Below, in pieces: positions 61,415 through 64,000 of a stretch of DNA of 64,000 nt. Under the pieces are notes generated by a model. It searched no databases. It was not told the origin of the DNA and saw only the letters and a list, made by a program, of their open reading frames with translations. Positions within the stretch are counted from its first letter, which is position 1, and each line of letters starts with the position of its first letter. Source of the DNA: Candidatus Aminicenantes bacterium. Lineage in GTDB: Bacteria; Acidobacteriota; Aminicenantia; Aminicenantales; JAFGBC01. Position numbers and translations under genes: made by a program. The DNA is taken from contig OY969696.1 in assembly GCA_963702005.1 (NCBI GenBank), positions 3,040,001-3,104,000 of the forward strand, given 5' to 3'.

Positions 61415-61680
61415 CCGCTCCTCCTTTCGCTCGGCCTCGCTGATTGCGCACATTTCTCGCATATTTGACCAGAGGTTTTGTACTTGTCGGTTATACGCTC
61501 CATGCAGATGTAGCAGCGCTCCCGCTGGCACAGGAGGCATGTTCGAAGGCACTTGTGGCAGAAGACGCTATTACACAGCAAACAGAAACCGAAATGTTCG
61601 AGCGTGTAAGGAAGCGAGCGCATGCAGCCTGGGCATGTTTGCATGAGCACGATTTCAGGGAGCTCAGCGGGTTGAGGCAT
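61411..61680 (-). CDS. Cys-rich zinc-finger protein
   Basis: Six CxxC pairs in about 89 aa. Confidence 0.65.
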   Translation of the reverse strand: MPQPAELPEIVLMQTCPGCMRSLPYTLEHFGFCLLCNSVFCHKCLRTCLLCQRERCYICMERITDKYKTSGQICEKCAQSARPSERRSG

Positions 61681-61849
61681 TTGCGAGCGCCTTTTCGGTT
61701 TCGGCGATCTTTTCGCTTTCTGAGAAAACCGACTCATCTTCGCACTCCATATCCAGGCTTCTCGCCAAGGCAATCATTCGGCTAAAAGCCATATCTCTCC
61801 ATACCTCGCATCTAAGCTTTGCTTCGATGGCCACTAACGAACCGTTCAT
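61664..61849 (-). CDS. Small hypothetical protein
   Basis: RBS GAGGAG; first gene of the leftward operon. Confidence 0.5.
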   Translation of the reverse strand: MNGSLVAIEAKLRCEVWRDMAFSRMIALARSLDMECEDESVFSESEKIAETEKALANASTR

Positions 61850-61966
61850 GTCAATCTCCTCTGTTTGAAAGTGAACCATATGCGGCTTGTCTATTGGTAT
61901 CGGAGAAACCTCGGATTTCTGAGAGGTTTCTGAAAAGGATTTAAAGACTACCGAGAAGTAATAATC

Positions 61967-62617
61967 ATGGCTTATATCGAAGCGAGGAAATACGGAATAA
62001 GCGGAGTCTTTATAGACGGATATATGCCTGTTTTTTCTGAACTAAGAAAGGTCGACTGGGACCGTGCGCTTGAACAGACGTTCTATAAATTTCCTTGGAG
62101 ACGTGACCAATTTAGCAAGATTAGAAAACACCTTGAACCAGGCTCAAGAGATTATGGTCCTTTTGTAAGGTCGGCAATATATGCAAAATTAATCGACAAT
62201 GTCAGGCTAGGCTTCTGTCAATATACAAGCAGGCCAAAATGGCCGTGCGATCACTGGTTCCATCCTTCCAAAGGACTAATGGGCATCAAATATTGTTTTT
62301 CTGCCAATTTGAACATGAATCCAGACGAGGTTGATGCTATATTCCATGCTGATGCGGAAACTGAAAGGGCGAAGGGAAAAGGAGAATATGCCTGCAATCT
62401 AATCGTAATCGACCGACGCCCCGACACTGGCTGTCGGGTTTTTAAGGAATGCAACTATCATTGGATGGAGTCTCTTAAGTTCGAGCCAAAAAGAAAAAAG
62501 GACCATTCCAACTTTAGAAATGTAAAAAAACTAGCTATGCAACTTCTAATTGAATCAATGATAATGATGGATAGCGAATATTTCGAAGATCATCGGTTAC
62601 GTGATTATTTCAGGTAA
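61967..62617 (+). CDS. Hypothetical protein
   Basis: 216-aa AT-rich ORF divergent from the operon. Confidence 0.55.
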   Translation: MAYIEARKYGISGVFIDGYMPVFSELRKVDWDRALEQTFYKFPWRRDQFSKIRKHLEPGSRDYGPFVRSAIYAKLIDNVRLGFCQYTSRPKWPCDHWFHPSKGLMGIKYCFSANLNMNPDEVDAIFHADAETERAKGKGEYACNLIVIDRRPDTGCRVFKECNYHWMESLKFEPKRKKDHSNFRNVKKLAMQLLIESMIMMDSEYFEDHRLRDYFR

Positions 62618-63499
62618 TTCTTCAATTAAACAATACTTCACATTATCGGGCAAAAATAATCTATATCCACTCCATCTTACAGTAACAATGAATTTTTTTA
62701 TTTCGGGACAGTGTTTAATAAGAGCAGACTTACATTGTTGGACATCATTGGTTCTCTCAAATTCCCATCTATTCCATTCCTCTAGATCCGTTTCCGCAGC
62801 ATTGTGCATAGCTTCGTATAATTTCCTATACGACACGTTATTCCCGATATTCTTTATTAGGCACGTCAAAAGTCTTCTTTCCTCAGGAAACATTTTTTGG
62901 GGAGTATTTCTCTTTATTAAATATTCACCATTCTTTTCATCCAGCCAGATAAATAACTTAGATTTGTCGATTTCTTTCTGCTCACTATATTGAATCTCTG
63001 TAAGTGGCTTGCCTTTTTTTTTATCATGAGAATACATCACATACTTTTTCTCTTCTTCCTCTTCAATAACAGGAAATCTTCCAATATTTTTCAAATCCTC
63101 TTTTATCATGGGGACAGCAAGCCTGATGGTCTTCAGAATCAGCCCTTCAGGCAAAGACTTTCCATACTTGGTAATTGTCTCTTCTATATCAGCATCCTGA
63201 ACTTGGCCCTTGAACTCCGCAAGCCTAAGCCACACCAATGATATCAAAGCGATAACTTTCGGCGTTTGAAGCCCCGCTACATCCGCTTCATCTAGGAACT
63301 GCAATTCTTTCGCAAGCTTCGCTTTATATTCTCGCGCTTCCAGCAGCTCTGCCGGGGATTCTCCCCTTTCCGAGATTTCCTTCTTAATTATTTGCCAGAT
63401 GCTACCGAATAGCTCTTTCTCTTCCGGAAGGCACTCCTCTACGACCTTCTTGCTGAGAGAATAAACAGCAGAATTACCTGAGTTCGAGGCGTTCATTTC
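62597..63499 (-). CDS. Protein with C-terminal OmpR/PhoB-type winged helix
   Basis: ERRLLTCLIKN.GNNVSY..LYEAM...IVTVRWSGYRL. Confidence 0.68.
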   Translation of the reverse strand, partial: EMNASNSGNSAVYSLSKKVVEECLPEEKELFGSIWQIIKKEISERGESPAELLEAREYKAKLAKELQFLDEADVAGLQTPKVIALISLVWLRLAEFKGQVQDADIEETITKYGKSLPEGLILKTIRLAVPMIKEDLKNIGRFPVIEEEEEKKYVMYSHDKKKGKPLTEIQYSEQKEIDKSKLFIWLDEKNGEYLIKRNTPQKMFPEERRLLTCLIKNIGNNVSYRKLYEAMHNAAETDLEEWNRWEFERTNDVQQCKSALIKHCPEIKKFIVTVRWSGYRLFLPDNVKYCLIEELPEIIT

Positions 63500-64000
63500 A
63501 CAGGCTCTCAATCCTTTTTATTCTCTGCGCCAAAACCGGCTGCGAGTAGCCCAATAATATGTCCCCGAAGAAAAACTCGTCGGTCGCTAAGAGTTTATAA
63601 TAAAACTTGCTGATTTTCATCAACCTTGTTTTGCCATTCCGCCCTTTGAGCGCCTCCTTTCTCAAAGCTTGGTTCAACAAGATTGTTTTAATTAAAGCAT
63701 TCTTCAGCGCTTCTTTATCCTCCGTAGCCCGGACACAAAACCTGTCGGCCTCATATTCCATTGCTACAAAATCGAAAAGCGCAGTGAGAAAATAATTGGG
63801 CAGCAAGGATATGCGAGAAAGAATCTTTGCCAGGAACAGCTTCCTTAGCCCCTGCTTCACGTGGCCAAGCTCGTGAGTAACCAACGCCATTATCTCATTC
63901 GCATCGAGTTTTTCCAATGCCTCGTTGCTGAGGTAGATCTTAGGGGTTTTCGAAAATAGGCCGCATTTTACTGAAGACTCTATCAGGGTCGATTTCATGA
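63498..64000 (-). CDS. M48/M56 zinc metallopeptidase, C-terminal part (5' end outside window)
   Basis: PKIYLS...HELGH and EYEADR motifs. Confidence 0.85.
   Translation of the reverse strand, partial: MKSTLIESSVKCGLFSKTPKIYLSNEALEKLDANEIMALVTHELGHVKQGLRKLFLAKILSRISLLPNYFLTALFDFVAMEYEADRFCVRATEDKEALKNALIKTILLNQALRKEALKGRNGKTRLMKISKFYYKLLATDEFFFGDILLGYSQPVLAQRIKRIESL

Noticed and set aside
51053-64000. Tailed prophage
   Set aside because: No recognisable terminase, portal, capsid, tail or lysis genes within the window.

Overview
Bacterial window with two parts. Positions 1-31790 are GC-rich core genome: fusA 3' end, a GH3 hydrolase, NCS2-apt-tsaE-nnr, gap-pgk-tpiA-secG-tRNA-Leu(GAG), trxC, tricorn protease, hemW, galK with an SSS symporter, and several secreted beta-propeller/VWA proteins. 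The gene mix suggests Aminicenantes/Acidobacteriota-like bacteria, but that is inference. From about 31790 to the end is a mosaic integration hotspot. It contains split tRNA-Arg halves around an intact tRNA-Arg(TCG), several integrase att-arm remnants, dead IS3-family copies, secreted-protein cargo and a sugar-utilisation cluster. It also holds an AT-rich two-gene operon encoding a patatin/PLD-like/ParB-like fusion plus a minimal AEP-like nucleotidyltransferase, the best candidate for an undescribed nucleotide-signalling defence system. From 51001 lies a tyrosine-integrase element carrying a RemA (DUF370) homologue and an unusual operon of Zn-finger, membrane-VWA, radical SAM and HerA/VirB4-like ATPase genes. 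All protein calls come from motif recognition by eye; no searches were run.
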